Below are positions 45,685 to 47,733 of a stretch of 47,733 nt of DNA, piece after piece. Within the stretch, counting starts at the first letter, position 1; every line of letters starts with the position of its first letter. A program made the translations under genes and the position numbers. A model generated the notes under the pieces. It was not told the DNA's origin. It was given only the letters and a program-made list of their open reading frames with translations, and ran no database searches. The DNA lies in NCBI GenBank assembly GCA_934667795.1, contig CAKUMP010000001.1, positions 1-47,733 of the forward strand, given 5' to 3'. Source of the stretch: an uncultured Chthoniobacterales bacterium. Lineage in GTDB: Bacteria > Verrucomicrobiota > Verrucomicrobiia > Chthoniobacterales > CAKUMP01.

Positions 45685-46743
45685 ATGACGACAAATGTAG
45701 ATGATACGAGGATTCGGGCGCTGCGACCGTTAATTCCCCCGGCAATTTTAATTGAAGATATTCCTGTGAGCAGCAGTTCCGCACAGTTGATTACGAAATC
45801 CCGTAAAGAATTAGGACGGATATTTAAAGGAGAAGATGACCGTGTTGCGGTGGTTGTAGGGCCTTGCTCGATTCATGATCCCGTTGCAGCAATGGAATAT
45901 GCCCATAAGTTGAAAGTGCTTGCAGGCAAGTTCGAAGACGACCTGATGCTCGTCATGCGGGTGTATTTTGAAAAACCCCGTACGGTGGTGGGCTGGAAGG
46001 GATTGATTAACGATCCGTTCATTGACAATAGTTTTCAGATCAACAAAGGCTTGAAGCTGGCGCGTCAGTTACTTTCCGACATCAACGAATTAGGGGTGCC
46101 TGCATCTACAGAATTTCTGGATACCATCATCCCGCAATTCATTGCAGATCTGGTGTCCTGGGCGGCTATTGGTGCTCGTACCACGGAAAGCCAGGTGCAT
46201 CGTGAGTTGTCATCCGGGTTGTCGATGCCGGTGGGATTCAAAAATGGAACAGGCGGAAATATCCGGATGGCGGTGGATGCGATACGCTCGGCACGGTGTC
46301 CGCATTGGTTTCCCTCTGTGACAAAACAGGGTGTGGTCGCAATTTTTGAAACCGCCGGGAATGAACATTGTCATGTGATTTTACGTGGTGGACAGCGTAC
46401 CGGTCCCAATTTTCATGCAGAGGCAGTTGCAGAAACCGAAAAAATGCTTCTTCAGGATGGGTTGCCCCCCTACCTGATGATTGACTGCAGTCACGCAAAC
46501 AGTAATAAGGATCATCGTTTGCAACCTCAGGTGGCAGAAGATGTGGCAAAACAAATCGAAAGCGGTACCCGTTCGATTGCCGGCCTCATGCTCGAAAGCC
46601 ATCTCGTGGAAGGGAAACAGGATTACGTCAAAGAAAAGGCCGTTTACGGACAAAGCATCACCGATGGCTGCATTTCATTTGACCAGACGATTCCTGTCCT
46701 GGAGCGTATCGCCAAGGCGGTACAGACTCGACGCAAAAAATAA
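45685..46743 (+). CDS. aroG: 3-deoxy-7-phosphoheptulonate (DAHP) synthase, class I (isozyme specificity not determinable)
   Basis: Motifs seen: VVVGPCSIHD, RVYFEKPRT, GWKGLINDP, IGARTTESQVHRELSSGLSMPVGFKNGT. Confidence 0.88.
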   Translation: MTTNVDDTRIRALRPLIPPAILIEDIPVSSSSAQLITKSRKELGRIFKGEDDRVAVVVGPCSIHDPVAAMEYAHKLKVLAGKFEDDLMLVMRVYFEKPRTVVGWKGLINDPFIDNSFQINKGLKLARQLLSDINELGVPASTEFLDTIIPQFIADLVSWAAIGARTTESQVHRELSSGLSMPVGFKNGTGGNIRMAVDAIRSARCPHWFPSVTKQGVVAIFETAGNEHCHVILRGGQRTGPNFHAEAVAETEKMLLQDGLPPYLMIDCSHANSNKDHRLQPQVAEDVAKQIESGTRSIAGLMLESHLVEGKQDYVKEKAVYGQSITDGCISFDQTIPVLERIAKAVQTRRKK

Positions 46744-46792
46744 TTTTTTATTTTACATCATATAAAAACATTATTAAAAAAATGTTAATTAT

Positions 46793-47733
46793 ATGAAAAT
46801 GTCCTTTCAGGCATTCTTGAAACTGCCTTTTAGCCGGACGTGTGATGCGTGTAATTCTCCCAGATTATTTCGTCATGCATTTTGGCGGTTCAAGGAGATT
46901 GTATTTCTGGCTGGGCTGTTTTGTGGCATAAATTTGTATGGGCAAACCTGGTATGGTTGGAACTCGGATAATGTGGATTCAAACTGGCATAATTCAGCTA
47001 ATTGGTTGGTTGGCATTGTTCCCAATGGGCCTGATATGGGAGCTTTACTTCAGGGAACTCCAAATGGAGACATTATTACCTTCAGTGAAGAGGTAGAGCT
47101 TCACAGTATAGTTTTTAACGGAAGTTTAACCAAATCCCTTACGATTAACACAGGAGGTTATGATTTAAATATTACAGGGAATGAAGGTATTTCCAATTTT
47201 AGTGCATTTCAGCAAACGATTCTTTTAACAAATGGAAGTATCGGTTCTTTGTTTGGTGAAAGTACCGTTGGAAATGTCATGTTGGAAGTCCTGCATAATT
47301 CGAGTCTTAATTTTCACGATAACACTACTGCGGATAACGCAACGGTGGTGTTGGGTGCGAGTGGGCAGTTGACAGTACAAGTGGAGGATGTGTTATCGAT
47401 TGGTTCGCTTTCGGGTGGAGGGACGGTTACCTTTGGCGGAGGGGGAACAGTCACTTTGGCGTTAGGGGGGCTGAATCAGGATAATGTTTATAATGGGGCG
47501 ATAGGAGAAACAGTCGGTACGGTCGGGACACTGAAAAAAATCGATACGGGTGCGCTGACTTTGAGTGGAGCAAATACCTATAGCGGGGGTACCATTCTGG
47601 AGGGCGGAACGCTTCGAGTAGGGCATAATAATGCATTGGGAACGGGGACCTTGCACATTGCTTCTTCGGGTGTCACGCTGGCAACAAATGGTGCTCCACA
47701 AACGATTAATAATAATATTCTCGTGGACGGAGA
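46793..47733 (+). CDS. Secreted/outer-surface protein with autotransporter-associated beta strand (PATR) repeats; the 3' end lies outside the window
   Basis: This ORF is not in the track because it has no stop in the window. I translated it from the ATG at 46793 with no stop through 47733. It contains GTLKKIDTGALTLSGANTYSGGTILEGGTLRVGHNNALGTGTL. Confidence 0.75.
   Translation, partial: MKMSFQAFLKLPFSRTCDACNSPRLFRHAFWRFKEIVFLAGLFCGINLYGQTWYGWNSDNVDSNWHNSANWLVGIVPNGPDMGALLQGTPNGDIITFSEEVELHSIVFNGSLTKSLTINTGGYDLNITGNEGISNFSAFQQTILLTNGSIGSLFGESTVGNVMLEVLHNSSLNFHDNTTADNATVVLGASGQLTVQVEDVLSIGSLSGGGTVTFGGGGTVTLALGGLNQDNVYNGAIGETVGTVGTLKKIDTGALTLSGANTYSGGTILEGGTLRVGHNNALGTGTLHIASSGVTLATNGAPQTINNNILVDG

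Overview
This is a 47.7 kb chromosomal window, probably from a Verrucomicrobiota/PVC-type bacterium. That is inferred from a PATR 'autotransporter-associated beta strand' protein, two four-helix-bundle (23S rRNA IVS-type) genes, an RGG-tailed RRM protein and many simple-repeat hairpins. Core genes: an ABC-2 permease fragment, sbcDC, an NCS2-like permease, a CaCA antiporter, a hybrid sensor kinase, the pdhA-pdhB-E2-lpdA operon, cysK, a NifS/IscS desulfurase, ruvB, a PHP histidinol phosphatase, miaB, an M23 peptidase, a GT9 heptosyltransferase, adk, fmt and a class I DAHP synthase. An accessory block (about 9.3-19.7 kb) ends at the 3' end of a tmRNA gene (ssrA, 19708-20063, minus strand), which is not in the ORF track. 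This block holds a partly decayed ars cluster: two gene remnants, arsR, arsC, an arsM'-'arsD-like fusion, acr3 and a small Cys-rich ORF. It also holds the main candidate system, a translationally coupled mcrB-mcrC-ADP-ribosylglycohydrolase operon. That operon is preceded by a small degenerate nuclease-like ORF and a frameshifted excisionase-type HTH, and faces a divergent XRE regulator. Next to ssrA, a truncated class II amidotransferase and a gamma-glutamylcyclotransferase remnant are separated by a four-helix-bundle gene cassette. The window contains many inverted arrays of 7-mer or 9-mer tandem repeats that bracket cassettes: both four-helix-bundle genes, and copies of the 3' half of the RRM gene. 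It also has a 9-copy array with a ~38-nt period, GC-rich REP-like palindromes, a gspF/pilC gene frameshifted in a homopolymer, and a coiled-coil gene split by an in-frame TAA. All family assignments come from reading motifs by eye; no searches were run.
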